Assembly: GCA_030704615.1 (NCBI GenBank)
Contig: CM060732.1
Coordinates: 32,922,001-32,986,000 of the forward strand
Length of the DNA stretch: 64,000 nucleotides
Source: Takakia lepidozioides
Lineage: Eukaryota; Plantae; Bryophyta
Direction: 5' to 3'
Shown here: in pieces, positions 23,609 through 37,700 of the stretch
Position numbering within the stretch: position 1 is the first letter of the stretch
Layout: every line of letters starts with the position of its first letter
Notes under the pieces: model-generated
What the model was told of the DNA's origin: nothing
Databases searched by the model: none
The model's input: only the letters and a program-made list of their open reading frames with translations
Position numbers and translations under genes: made by a program

Positions 23609-26600
23609 TCACCCAAAAACCATCCGATGTGCGAAGTCTGGTCGTCCCTTCTTTGGCATGTGCAGCAATCCAGCTAATTGAAGCTCTGTGGCTGCCCTCG
23701 TGAACCTTGCTCTGTGACATCACATGTTAAGCTCAACTCAACTGCTAATTCCTCACACACAAGTAAAAACCACAGCAACAAGTGACTTAAGACACCCCAC
23801 CCAGAGTCGAACATATGAACTAAATTGCATCTGATGCTGCCAGGGCAACACTGCAGGCTACCAGCCATGGCACTCTGTAGACTGCCCATTTGGGAGTTTT
23901 TATGTGACTTTCTTTCTGTATGTGGTAGCAGCATAAGAAGGTCAGACAAAAGATTCATGTACTCACCTGTAGTTTATGCACTGTTGAAGTGGGCGACCTG
24001 GCAGAAAGAGCTACAACCTTCTAGTGATTACTACAGTTTCTGTATACTCAAGAAAGCTATGACAAGAGAGGCGGATACTGAATGGTGGCTGGGTCCATGA
24101 CTGCAGGTTCTGCTTTTCCTCTCTTTCCATGCGCCTTTCTCTTTCTATTTGTCTGCGCCTTTGAAGCTTTGCTCGGGCGGTAAATACTTAGGAAGGACTG
24201 GTACCAGTCATGCACGTTGATAAGCTCACTATGCTCTTGTGACAAATGATACCTATGCCCCACATTCAAAGATCAAGATTAGTTGCCAGTATTCCTTCTG
24301 GGCTTCCTGCTTGGCTTCCAGGGGATTTCATATTTCTTCCTACTCTTTCAAAACTGGGCATCAGATCCATGGCCATGCTACATAGTCTGGCAAGTACATT
24401 ATCATGTCATGTATCTGCCCGAGGAAAATTCAAGGTCGGAGAAAGGAGGTCAGGGAAAGGATCATACACAAGACATGTGTCATGCATGGAGGCTGAAAGG
24501 GCACCATCTGGCAAGCAACAGTCACATTGGAGACGCAGTGGGGACCCCAACAGATCCAGCTGCACCCTTTTACGAGTCTCGCCAATCAACGCCTGGCAGA
24601 TGATGACACGTGGGGTCAGACCTGAAGCTGAAGCTTTCGGCAGAGTAAATGGCATACGAACTTCAGAGTACACTTCAGAGTACACTTAGAGCTACCAAAG
24701 TTACATATAGACGAGAATCTACATGATTTCAAATGCATGAAAAGCTGAAAACATCAATGTTGAAAAGCTGAGCCTCTGCAGTGTCTGCTGGAAACCAAGA
24801 AAGGACAGACCCTTAGCATAATCTGCAGTGCAGACACAAAAGCCTTCACTACTTAAGCTGGCTTCGACTTCACAGTTCATCCACCTACCTGTTTCAGCAG
24901 TGTCACATCTCGGAAACAAATTATCTCGTGGAATGGCAATGCCTCAGATGGTACAATGTACTGCCTGCATTTTCAGAAAACTGCTAGTCAAGCACCTGAA
25001 GGTTTGTCTCACCTCAAGAAGGGGAACTAACACAATCAGCAAACAGGGCAGGAGGAGCATTGCATCCTTTGTTAATGACATTTTGATGCAACTTCAGACA
25101 AGGGAGTCGCCAGGATGTACACCTCTCTTCAAAATAGGTGCCCCAAAAGGAAAAAAAAGTTAGGGTGGAAAGAGGAGCTGCCATACACAAGCATCCGCTC
25201 AAGCAGTTCCACTACCATCTGGTTGAAGACCTTGACGCCTGCTCTTGAAGTTCCCAAAGAATTTTGCGAAACCCTCCTGTCAAATGGCAATTACATAGCC
25301 ACATTTGTTACCAAAAACAATTTCAAGGTCCACGAGAACTTATTTGGCAGTGTGACGTCTTTCTCCTGAAAGGGCCTTCCATGGTAAGCCTCAGGGGACC
25401 AAAGCAATGCCAAACCCCAGTTATATGCAAGAAGACCTTGAACTACAGCTGCAAACCAGAGGACTTGAGCGAATGCACTTTAAGATCAACAACCCTTGAA
25501 CATTCAGAGGCACGTTCAGAGGCACTAAAGCCAGGAAGCGTGAGGCGAATGGATAAATGACAGTGTTGCAACTTCTGCATGCAACAATACGCACACACTG
25601 CTAATGACGCCAAAGGTCAAACTTCAGAGAGCTTGACAATCCTTCATAAGGATTCTCAGATAAGCACAGCAAAATGATGTACACTATCTCTTCCAATGCC
25701 AAGATGTGGCCTTCAAATGGTCATGGAGCACTATCACAATATAAATAAATGTACATAAGACGTTGTTTGCCGTAGCCTACTATCACAATATAGTGAAGTA
25801 ACCAGTCAGTCCCTACCTTCACTTGTATACAAGGGCACAGCAACATACTTACTTTCGAAGATCAGAACGGCTCATTGCTTGTTGAGATGTGCCAGCTGAA
25901 GGGACCGAGCAACTTGTGATATGTGCTTCATCAAGTTCACCGGTTGATTGAAACTGGGCACTGCCAGTTATCCCTCCATCCACCACTGTCGGTTTGTGAG
26001 CTGATGTATTCAGCAAACTGAGCTCAGCAAGGCCACCCACAGGAGCTGAGGAGGTGGCTACGAGATGAACACTTTGAAGACACAGACCAGAAACTGGAGG
26101 GGTCTTTCCAGGAGACTGTGAGATCCTATTACTTGTGCGCCTTGGGCTTTCCCGCAATGACCGCCTCAGAGGCTTTGAAGAAGGTGGTGTCACAGGTTTC
26201 AGGAGCTGGGCAGAGCTGGGAGGACGGGAAGATGGGGATTTCTGCTCAGAAGAGTTCATAGAGTCTGGGCAACCAAGGGGGCTGCTGCTCACTCGTTGAT
26301 GCCCTGTGGTGTGCAAGGTGTTCGACAGGGAAGTGTGTCTTTCAACTCTGCGACTTGATGGAGGGAGAGTATTTTGGATGATGGATTGGTCTCCCTCCAA
26401 AATCTTGGCATATACAGCACAAACTTCTGCATGAAGCTGCAAAGGCAACAAACCTAAGAAACATAAGGCAAGGCCAGGAGTATGGAATTGAAGGAGATCA
26501 CGTAAGAATGTACTCATAAGACGTTTGCCGTAGCCTTGTCACCATAGACCCCACACCCAGTTTGGGCCGAACAAAAGGGAACAGATTCTACCTTTGTGAT

Positions 26601-29600
26601 GGGCTCACTCTGATAGTGTGACTTACCCTTGATAGAGACAATTAGTTCTGGTTTTCCAGATATCCTTCACAGAAGCATCAACTTGCTGTGTATGAGCTGC
26701 CCAGCAAGAAGAGTCCAACAGGGCCAGGGCATTAGGCTCAGCCTATAAATTTTGAAAGTTGGTGAACAGAGGTGCAGGGACAATGCTCTTGATCGTCCTG
26801 AAGAGGGTCACTCTCTAGGGACAATATCCCGGACAATGTATCAGAAAATGGATATTGCCTTCAGGCTGCCCGCACATCAGGCAATTACAATCTCCTCTTC
26901 CTCTCTGCATCTGTTTCTTGTTCAAAGCTAGGCTTCCTGTCAAGTTTAAATTTCGGTATAGTCCTGAGGGTAGATAGGCCCTTGAGACCATCCTTAAGGT
27001 CCTCACTCTCACAGACTGGAAACAAGATCAGGGAAGTTTTACGCCTAACTTCATTTTCATCGGACAGTCTTTGGGCATCAGACATGGTTTTGTACACAAC
27101 CCCCTCCAGGTCAGCTTCATCCAGTAGGGTCAATTCTTCTGGACTAATATTCAGATACTTGGAAATCCCTTCTACCCTTTTCTGCCAAGACTTGGCCTGT
27201 TTAACACGATGGTCTTGCTTCCAAGAAATAGAGATCGCATAAGAATCGAAGAGCAAGAAAAACACAACTTTCGATTAACTTTCGGATCCAAACTTTCAAT
27301 ACCTTGCAGGCACTGTATGTCACTTTCTTCCATTCCTCAAGAAGGCTCTTCAAGGCTGGAAGTGTCATTTCCCTGTAGACCACACAATGCAGACATCTTT
27401 CACAAAACGCCACAGCCACTTCATTCTCCGAAGGCAAACAAAGAGACTAACCATTGTAAAGTGAAAGCTCAGGCAGCGGATGTACTCTCCATTTCTAATA
27501 GCTTGGTGCTCAAGTAGTCACTGTGAACCCTCATCAGCACCAAAAACTAAACCTCTGGCTGGTCTGGACCATTTTAAGTACCTACCAACAAACACATGTT
27601 GTAGTCACCTGATCTTTGATTTGAGTTGTTGTGATGTCTTGGCAAGCAATGTGCTTCTGTTTGGCAAATTAGCACAGTTGGCCACAGGTGGCACTTGGGC
27701 CTGCTCCAAGCCAAGATTCTCGTCCTTGGGTGAGGAATAAGGCTGCAGGGCTTCACAAAAAAAGTCTGCAAACCTCAACCCTGCAAGCTTCCCTACCTCA
27801 TTGACACACTGCACACATAAGATTCAACATGCATCAGCACACATACTCAACAGAGAGTTTGCCTTTGTGGTCCACAGCGTCATACAGCAGAAATGGGAGA
27901 AGAAATCCAAAGAGAAAGACTCAATTGCAACAACAGCTCATCCTATTTGCATAATATCAACATGGCTGAATCTGTCGAAGCCATCTGTCTTCTACAATGG
28001 ATTAACAATCGAGTATTCATCATATGTGTATATGTTCTGTAAGCCTCTGTAGTTTCATGACTTGCTCAATACAGTAAAGAATTGCAACCCCAGCCTTGAA
28101 TTCTACAAGTGTAGTTAATGGAGAAAATAGACGTTATGCAGCAATGGAAGTAAAGCCCAAGTTTCACAAAGAACATGAGACTAGGTCAGCAAAATCCCAA
28201 TCAGACCAACATATACATTGCTCTAAATCCTTTGGAGGCTCAATACCTTCATGATCCCGATCATATATGCTCAGCTGTGGTGGAAGAGATCATGGATGAG
28301 TGGCAACAAATTAGTAGAACAACTACGCTATAGCAATGCTTTAATATTCTGGGACAGTAATTGGTCCATGCACAGCAGTCTGAGCTGTATGTGTGATGAA
28401 AGATACAGTCCATGACATATTATTGCAAGCAACAGTTCCTGTCATGGGTACTGACACGCCCTGAGTAAATCCCTACAAGCTAGTCCATAAGGAAGACTGA
28501 TGCTCTCTCTCTACCTTAGACTAATGCCCCACTAGTCACACAAGACAAAGCATTTTAGCTATGGCACTTAATTACTGGGACAAGAATGCACCAGCAGGGC
28601 CATGCTCCACATTCGCTTCTGTTCTCTGAGGGCCCAAAGCTCAACAGCCATGTGCTTGCTCAAACAAACGCCCTCCTCTGCATTTGAGCCAAAGTGTCTG
28701 GCCAGAGTCTCCGGTTAAAAATATGGCCCAAAGTTACAGGCCAGTCAGGTGCAGACTGCTAACGGACCTGAAAAGCAAGCTGACAGGTACTAAGAAACTT
28801 CCACTGAGATTGTGCAGAGATTAGTATCATAAACCATGAAGTCAGGAAATTTTTCAGTTCTGAAAATCCATAAGCAGTGGACTAAATTTGGTAAATGATC
28901 AAATCATATAGAACACCTGATTCACTTTATTTGGGCAGATGTAGGAAAATTGGACTAATGGACAGAAATAGCTTACCTTCTGACAGACGGGAGATTTGAT
29001 GCATGGTGTAACAGAAACCTTGGCAAGATTGCACACTGCTTTTCCAAATCCACCTGTGCAAATTTGACAAAAACCTAGTGTTGAATGCCCTGTTCAGACT
29101 ACAGCATTGATGTGATGTCTGTCCAATCATGTCCCTCTAGGATAGAATTCCAGGTACCCAATACTTCAATTTCACACAGTCAGCTGAAGAGACTCAAGCA
29201 TTCATTGCTAACTCATAATAGCAAGGGGGTCAATGCATCTGGCTGGTACAGGATTGTCACATTATGTGCCTCTTGTGCATAAATAAATCATAGCTGCTCC
29301 TATTTTGTACTGTCAGCTTCAGCTCTTGTTAGGATAGCCAGTTGATTGATGAGGTGTTGGGTGGTGCAGACTACCTGGCTAGAGCACTTCAGAAGCCATT
29401 CGCTCAAAAAACTCAGGGGTTCTCTACAGAAGTGTTCCATACATGCCACCTGCATTATCCATCAGCTATAAATCAGATGCATGAGCAACCATTGGAAGCT
29501 CAAAAGAATTTCCATATTTCTAGTGGCAGGCTTCTTAGGTGATGCTTGGATTGAAGCCCTGCTATGTGGTCTCCACTTCCTCACAATTAAGGGCACAGTG

Positions 29601-32600
29601 GGCAGCGGCCACTCCGTCTGTAACGATAGCTTGTATGTAAAGAAGCATGTCAGTTACTCAGATGAGCCTGATTTTACAGAGAAGATAGCAACCGGCAAAG
29701 GCACATCAACAGCGGAATCATAGCCTAGGTGGGCAGCGGCCACTCCGTCTGTAAAGATAGCTTTGTATGTAAAGAAGCATGTCAGTTACTCAGATGAACC
29801 TGATTTTACAGAGACGATAGCAACCGGCAGAGGCACATCAACAGCGGAATCATAACCTAGGTTTTGTACCCAAAACAGGTTGCAACGACTGCATTTACAC
29901 TGTCCCTGGCCTTGTTGCCTTATTCAGAAGTTCCAGTTACCTACCTTAAGAGACGTAAGAAAGGAAGAGACGGTGAGGTCATGTCTGGAGAAGAAGATAT
30001 AAAGAAATTGCGCCACAGTGTGCCCTATTTCAATCCCACTGAATGAGTCCACCAGCACTGCCTTGACAACAGCCTCCAGACGCTCCAGAGGGGGCTTCAG
30101 AATGAAACGTTGCAAATTCAGACAAGCCACTGCATTTGAGGGAAGAAACTTTTGCAATGCAGCCGCTGTGGTTGCTATACCCATGACCAGCACAATCGGT
30201 AGCTGAGCTGACCACTCACTGCAAATAAAGGTAGTCTTAATCTTAAGATCTTGTAGCTACAAATGCAGGGCAGGCATATCAGGAAGTAGAGCTAACCAAA
30301 TGTAAGGACAGAGAAAACAGGGACGTGGTATTGAAAGCAACTGTAATTAGTGTACTGTACATGTGCAACTTTAACAAGATCCACAGCACCTCAGCAAAAC
30401 GAGGAGTTCTGCAAGAATTGCCGAATTGCAGCGCTCCATGTCTTCAATAGTAATGATCACTGGATGCATGTGATTTAAGGGTTCTGCATGCCAAGCAGCC
30501 AGAATCTCCATATCTGTTGTCTGTTCCAAAAAAATAAATCAGCACAGGGTCACAGCATTGATATAGCACTGCACCACAACTCCCAATTGAATCTGCAATT
30601 TGTGTTCGCAGTGCCTTGGGCTCATAGCAACCTGTTCAAAGCCTGTTTCATGATCTTGTCTATGGAGTCGTGTCTACCAATAAATTCAAAAAGATCATTG
30701 GCACCCATCTAATACCCCCAAATGTTTTAGAAGACCTTCTATGCAAAGTGCATGTGCAGTTGGAATGTTCCCTTCAGTGGCCTTGTTGTAGACCTCTACA
30801 AAGCACATGCAGAAAAAGGAGTTTTTAATGTTGTGGGGTCTTGCCTCCAGGAATGGTCAGCACTGCTGCAGGGTATCATGGACAAAGTTTTTGTGCCACA
30901 GAGGGAGTTCACCTAAGAAAAGAACTTAAGTCTACCAGAGATCACATGGCTTGCCTCACGACCTTGGGAGATCCACCACCAAATGCACCCCAAAGATCCC
31001 AGCTTACCTCTGGGTTTGCCTGCACGAGCTGCTTCAGCAAGCTGCCAAGGGGTGCGCCGATGCCACACTTTGTTGGGAAGTCACAAGGCAGAAGGCGGGC
31101 AACATGACACTTGTGCTCTTCAAGATGAGCCATGAGGCCATCAAAAGTGCTTTTGTGGTCGGATGGATCCACACCACCTGTGTTGCCAGTGCAGCAGAAC
31201 ATAAACGTTCACCAAAAACCCACAAATATCTGAGAAGTTAAAGAGAATAATGCCTGTCTAGAAATCAATCTTGTCAAAATATCTGACAGAATGAACAAGC
31301 AACAAGTTCTCAGTTACCATCAGCCACTTCAAATTTGTCAATCACAAATGCCTCAGTAGATCATTACCCTCTTCTATGCAACCCAGTAAGAGAATGCGGT
31401 CTGCTGGTGGAAAAAGAGCCAGAACCAGTCCTTAAGTTTGAAAGATGATCATCTACCATTCTAAAGATCTTCAATGAAAGCAAGTACTACATATTACGAA
31501 ATCATGTACTACTCACCAAGGAAAAGTAAAGCAGTGTGCAGTTGCTTGCTAAGAGGGGCCACTCTTCGGCACTCCTTTCCGGAAATATCGGATTCTATGG
31601 AACCATGACTGGATGCCAATCGTGCAGACTGATACAGTTGCAACTGAGCATCACAGAAGTGTTGATTACAGACCCACTGACTGATATCTTTGAAGCTGCC
31701 CTCGGTCTGCTGTTCCAGAGTGGCCTGTGAATGAAACGAGCCGGAATGATCATATTGCTAAGTTTGAACCGTTTAGAGCAATGTACTTCATGAGCTAGAT
31801 GACTTCCTAATCTCTGTGGCCAGTCTCTATCACTCTCCCTCCAAACTTGTCTCATCATGCTCTCGAAAGGAGTAACTGATTGTTAAGTCTATCCCCATTC
31901 TTGAGCCACTCACGGCACTCTCCGTAACTCACATTGCATAACTGATTCATAAGGGAATCCTTTCAATAGATTCTTTTCCCTTTGTTTTCCCCGCCCACAA
32001 CAATCTCTGTTTCGGTTATTGAGAGGAGAGTGAGCTGTTTCCAGTCGAAGTAGAATTGTTCTGCCGACACATGACGCTCATACTGTCGCATTATACAACG
32101 CCAGAGTGGATTTTGCACAAGATTCTAAACAGACTGTAACCGAGAAGACCTCAGGCGGAATTGTTCATCTCTTTGCACAGAAGACACCAAAACGTATTTT
32201 CCGACCATCTGAAGAGATCCGTAGGAGCTATCATGTCTGATAGCCTCCGCACAGTTCTTCAAGAGCTGGCCTGTATAGTTGGTTCAATGCAGAGGTCTTT
32301 GAAGGGGTTGGCAGGATGTAGCTTGGACAACATCGACAATCAGTACGAGGGATCACCCACCTGAACAATTTTCTCTAATCGAGCCCACACAGTATTAAAT
32401 GCCTGCATACGCCATATCGCACAGAGGGGTGGTTCATCCTCAAGGATTGCCGGCATGGAGTTCAATTCTCTCTTGCTCTCAGACAGTGAACTTGCTTCTT
32501 CAGCCTTTCTTGCCGATCTGCCAGACTTCCGAGGCGTTTTCTCGACTTCGGACGGGATCCCATGCAACACAAAGCATGACTGCAAAATGCCACGTAGAGA

Positions 32601-32757
32601 AAGGGTAAATAACGATCCAAGGAAACGTTCGTGTCTATCAGGTTGCTCCTGAGAACGGATTTTTCAAAGACACAGAGCAACAGAGAGAAACCTGCAGAAG
32701 ACAATCTTCATTGTCAGCACTGGGAAGTCCAGCATCAACAGCAGCATACGCAGGCAT
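23609..32757 (-). CDS. ORC3: Origin recognition complex subunit 3 (~915 aa, 17 exons)
   Basis: Phase-consistent GT-AG exons: 32692-32757, 32361-32579, 31517-31724, 31008-31177, 30390-30520, 29945-30218, 29375-29449, 28977-29053, 28592-28697, 27609-27808, 27303-27372, 25853-26436, 25187-25276, 24889-24964, 24468-24592, 24079-24252, 23609-23711. Plant ORC3 motifs: CFVLH, IEDMERC, LVMGIAT, PFHEIICF, LINVHDWYQSF, ARFTRAATELQLAGLLHMPKKGRPDF. Confidence 0.92.
26720..27260 (-). mobile_element. Non-LTR retrotransposon 3' fragment in ORC3 intron 11
   Basis: C-terminal CCHC-type motif CLMCGQPEGNIHFLIHCPGY typical of LINE ORF2 ends; frameshifted. Confidence 0.55.
29598..29862. repeat. Tandem duplication (2 x ~131 bp) in ORC3 intron 6
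   Basis: GTGGGCAGCGGCCACTCCGTCTGTAA... starts at 29598 and again at 29729, nearly identical. Confidence 0.9.
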
Positions 32758-34760
32758 TCTCCAAGCCAGACCCACAGCCTCTGTTCCGTATGCCCGGGAG
32801 TATACTTGCACGGGATTTTCGTGTACTGGCAGGCACCCTTTCTTCTTCCTTCTTTGTTTCTTCTCAGGATCTTACAGCATTTCCCAAATGTTGCAACCTC
32901 TACATAGACGTAGTGCTCCGTTCAGCAACCCCTAGAGAGTCAACTCCCAACTCCCTTACTTTCTTCCTTCTCCCGGCTACTGCTTCCAGCTACCTCTTTG
33001 CAAGCAGATGCAATCCATGGAGCCTCCTCCTTCCCAGAGAGCTCTGATACAGAAAAGATACTGACAAAGGAAAGGGCGGGAAAACGGGCAAGTGGGTGAT
33101 GGGCTTTTATGCATCGTCCACCTTCGGGAGTCCATATCAGTTGGTTAAGTATCTGGGAAAGGGACAAAAGCCTTCGAAATGCAAGAGGGACACCCTGACT
33201 CAAGTGCCAACTTTGGCTTTCTATTTGTGTATACTATCTGGATCCATAGTTTAGTTGCCAATAGCCATCGATTTATGAATGTAGTTGACATGTATACACG
33301 TAATGGTCAAATTGTCAATAGATGACAAGCATCACTCCAAAATCTTGCATCAAGGATTCAATTACTTAATGGACAGAAACCAACTTGAATGTTATGAACC
33401 ATCCTTATGATTCCATTCATAACATCATAGGGCCAATTGTCTTATCTTGAGGAGAGAGAAAATCTTCTGGTGGGTTTATTTCTAGGAGAAAAGTGCTAGG
33501 GTGACCAGGACCAATATTTGAGAGGGGACAAGGGGGACTATGCTGACTAAACAGATGGTCAGGTACTAATAGAATTTGGTATAGTCAGTGTGACAGAAGT
33601 TCGTGGCAAAAGGAGTCATAGTAGTGCAAACATGACTGATCTGTGGGAGAGAGACTTTTCTTGCTATGGACTGGGACGATGGCACGGGCATGGATTGTAA
33701 CATTTGAGAAACATGGGTACAGAAATACTGTGCAATCTTGTGGTGCTGTGGGAGAGGTAAGTATGCCAAATGTAGAATTGTATTAGATCCACAGAACGAT
33801 TAGGGAGAAGGGTATGTTGCTTGACAGCGCGGCTTGCAGTGGAGTTAGTTGCTCAAGCCTGATCACTTGATAAATTAATGAAGGAAATAACTAACGACTG
33901 GAGAGATGTGATATCTGTCTCGTTCAAGTGATGTATGAGTTTGTTGGTTGCTATATTGAATGGAGAGAAGAAATGGGTTTACAGGACTTGGTCTGTGGCG
34001 AGGGGTCACCTTTCAAGGGGGTTATAAAAGTTAAATGCCAGAAGTGTGAGCATCTGTAAATATTTTCGGAAGGACAGAGACATGCAGGTGCTTGAATGTT
34101 CTCATAGCTATGTCATATCCACTGCACTGGATGTTATGATATCCACTGAATGTTATGACTTTCCCTCACAATCTTTATGCGGAGAGGGGGGGGGGGGGGG
34201 GGGGGGTTGGGGGTATACATCCAGAAAGCTAATCACAGGCCTACAAAATGGACCACTCCCCTAATCCGTTGTTTCGCGGGAAATCATCTGAACACTATAA
34301 ACCACCCAGTTGTGCGATGCTTCTACCATATATGCGGCTGGTTAAGGCAACAGTGCATCTGTAGATTTGATCATTGCTTCTCAGCTGCGTATAATGTGGA
34401 TGTCAGAGCTTGCACTGGGATACTTGATCATAGAATGAGGCATTGGGTCGTCACCCACCGTGTATACTGTTGCACTGTGGTGGCAGAGAGAAAATCCTTA
34501 TGCTCCTCACATAATTCTGTGGATGCCAGGGACATACCCCTTGATACACCAAGACAACTTCAGCACAACAGAATTCAGGTAATGCATGCAACTTACCTGG
34601 CTTGCACGAACTCATTCAAGAGGTAGACAGCGTACCAAAATAGGATCACAGAGAAGACCAACTTCCTATACAAACCGAGTCAAAAACATTTTCATAGAAA
34701 GTGTTGCCAAGCTGTAAGTGAAGAAACAGGCGATTTGTATGGTTTAAGTATAACAGGTCA

Positions 34761-37700
34761 CTAAGCAAGGTAGTTATAGATCTGAGGGTTCGTCTTGTCC
34801 CTTTCCAGATACTCACGGTCGATCAAGCTCTCAATGCGCTTCTTCAAGTCTGCTGGCTTGATTGGGAATTTTAGCTGCAATACAACCCCAAAAGACTACA
34901 AAACTCAGTTCTTGTTGAAAAAGAGGACTGCAACTTGTAATGAAGAGAATGCAAGAAGTCTTCTCATGGAACAATCTACCTCATGGATGCCCATACAATA
35001 GTTCTCCCATGTTGAGGCCAACGACAGGAAACAAACAACCCTAAGAGTTAAAGAGAGCATGAAAGCAGGCAGAGGGTTGAGGGTTTATCATACTTGCTGA
35101 AAGAGCTCCGTGATTAACAAAGTGTGACTCAACACCTTGCGCGTCTTCATGATCCTCACAATCGCTGCATCAATCTGACCCAATACAACAACATCTCAAA
35201 AACAATTCTTGGAAGGATGAGGATGAAACAAATAACAGTGCTATCTTTCTCTGCATTTGTGCACCCAGCATTCCAAAAGGAACTCTGCCTGCCATTGCAC
35301 CTTCTGGTTATCTTCTTTCCCATGGATGGGATGGATTAAGAGGGAAAAAAAAAGGAAGGAGCTCTATAGCGACCACCAAAGTTGCCTGCATGGACAAAAT
35401 ACAGAGACCGCTAGTTTGTCAGAGCAAGAGTGCAGTGCTTTTCGCCCCCTGGCCATTCCTGGGGCCCTTTTGGTTTTCCAAGGTTGTCTTTGAGGTTTTC
35501 CATTTGACAAGTTTTAATTGGGGGTGCTCCTCCTTTCCTCGCACCCAAAGAAATGGTCAATGAGGATGGGGGAAAAAAAAATCATTACGTCCCCCTCCCA
35601 GACACAAGAATTGAAAAACTGCTCGAACGGACAAACGGGATTTTGTACACATACATACATCACAACTGGAGCAGGTCACCAACGAACCTGATACTGGCGA
35701 TCTTGGAACACTCGCTCTGTGGTACTCGTATTCTCCTCCACAGTTTCCTTCAACTGAATTGCATTTACCTGGAATATACAGTGTGAAAAGTCACAGAATG
35801 TGTCACTGCACTCACCATGGTAATATAAGGAGGTCTCTTTTTCTCAAGTACTGACTAGAGTTCAAATACAGGCAAATCGACTGATAGGTCCTTGTCAAAG
35901 GTTGACCTGAAATTTGAGGTAGATTACAGAACATTGGCGTGACACTTTTGGGTCTACAAGTAACATCAAGTATCAAGTGCTTTTGGGTTTACATCAAGTA
36001 TCTCCTTCACCTAATGGCTGCATTTTTTATGAACCCTTGAGTGAATTCAATAACTTGACACTACTGTCATACGATTGAGAAGGGTTTTGGATTGCTTGGA
36101 GCGAGCTGACACCACAGGGATGCAACTCCGAAGGAGTCAACTACATCTGACTATCATAAGAACATGTATCCAGCATACTCATATCACAACTCTGTCTAAT
36201 GTGATCTTGTTGCTTGGAGTAAGTATTAAGGGCCTTAGGGAGGTGTTTCGACCCATTGGGCGACTTCCCTATGGATTCAAAAGGAACTAGGAGCCCCAAA
36301 CTGCAAAACTCACCAGAGACACTACAAGTTCAGCCCTTAAACATCCAAATGCCACTTCACTGGATCAGAGTAAGCCAGAACTTTCCCTATTGGTGCTTGA
36401 CCATGACACCGAGACAACTGACCCGCTACATGCAGGAGTCAAACTAGAGATTTCCACAAGCCATATACAACAGCATGCCTCCTGCAATATATATGAGTTC
36501 TGCAGTTAACGAATAAGATACTGCTGATAAGCCTCCTCATATATGATAACTAGACCATGACATTACAACTAACCTTGATTCGGAAGAGGGGTGCGGCAAA
36601 CTCCTCATTGAAGACAAAGCTGTCCTCATCATCTACTTCCCTTCCTTTGGGTTGCTGCCACACATATGCAAGCACAACAACATTAAAACCAGCATTCTAA
36701 GTTGTAAATAACCTTTGATAAGTTTACTTCCTTAGCTTGATCCGATTGAACATACTCCTTTACTCCCTAATAGTGTACTGTCGAAGTACACATTGTGAGA
36801 GACAATTTCAGCAAATACTTTCTGACTGGACCTTGTGTCACTGGACCCTCCTTGGTCATATGCATACTACTATCCATATCAACTTCTAAAAAAACGCCAT
36901 TTACCACAAGCAAACTCTTCTTCTTGATAAGATCCAATAGCCTTCTTAGTGCCAGAACTAGAAACAAAAAGAATGAATTGAGATAAAAAGTTGATGCATA
37001 GAAGCAGGAGGACCACCCACAGGAGTTGGACACTCATGCATATAAGTAAGACCAATGTATTAGTCCTGCGCTGAACTGGCGCCGCACATATTTCTCTGAT
37101 GAGCGGCTTAGACATGGACTTTGACGTTTCAAACAATAGTATATCTGACACCTCACAATACCCTTAGTAAGGGCATGAACAGAGGCTGTGTAAGAACCCA
37201 ATCTAATACGTAGTCACTTACACTATACCCCATAACCTAGCATTTTTACATCCAGTAAAGGGATCAAAACACAAGAGTTTGGATAACATGAAAAGAGTCT
37301 GCACTGTATATACCTTCAGTAAGACACGGACTTTGCCACAGGCCAATGACTGAAGGGTTCTACGAAGCTCCTTGTCCTCAATAGCACTTGTATCCTTGAT
37401 TTCCTGGAATGTCAGACTGTGTGCATCGTTGAACAACATCAGCACCACCGTCTGCCCAAAGTCCATAGTTGCACATCACATCAGAGGATGGTGGGAAACA
37501 AGTGACGAAAGGAACAGTGACACCTTCATAGTCTAAGAGAGAGGGTGAATTCTTATCACAAGCAGATGTATCCAATGTAAGTGGCGAGTCCCACCCAAGA
37601 GGGACTAGCCCATTATCGACTTGTCCTTAAACTTAGTTCATCTGCCAACTAATTGGAACATTCAACCCTGTACAAATCTCTACTCTGAAATGCCAGCACT

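Noticed and set aside
26627-26685. Possible extra ORC3 exon (AG...GT bounded, open)
   Set aside because: Including it would break the phase with the next exon; exons 11 and 12 join in frame without it.
34184-34213. Poly-G tract downstream of CUL4
   Set aside because: Simple homopolymer with no further support for function.
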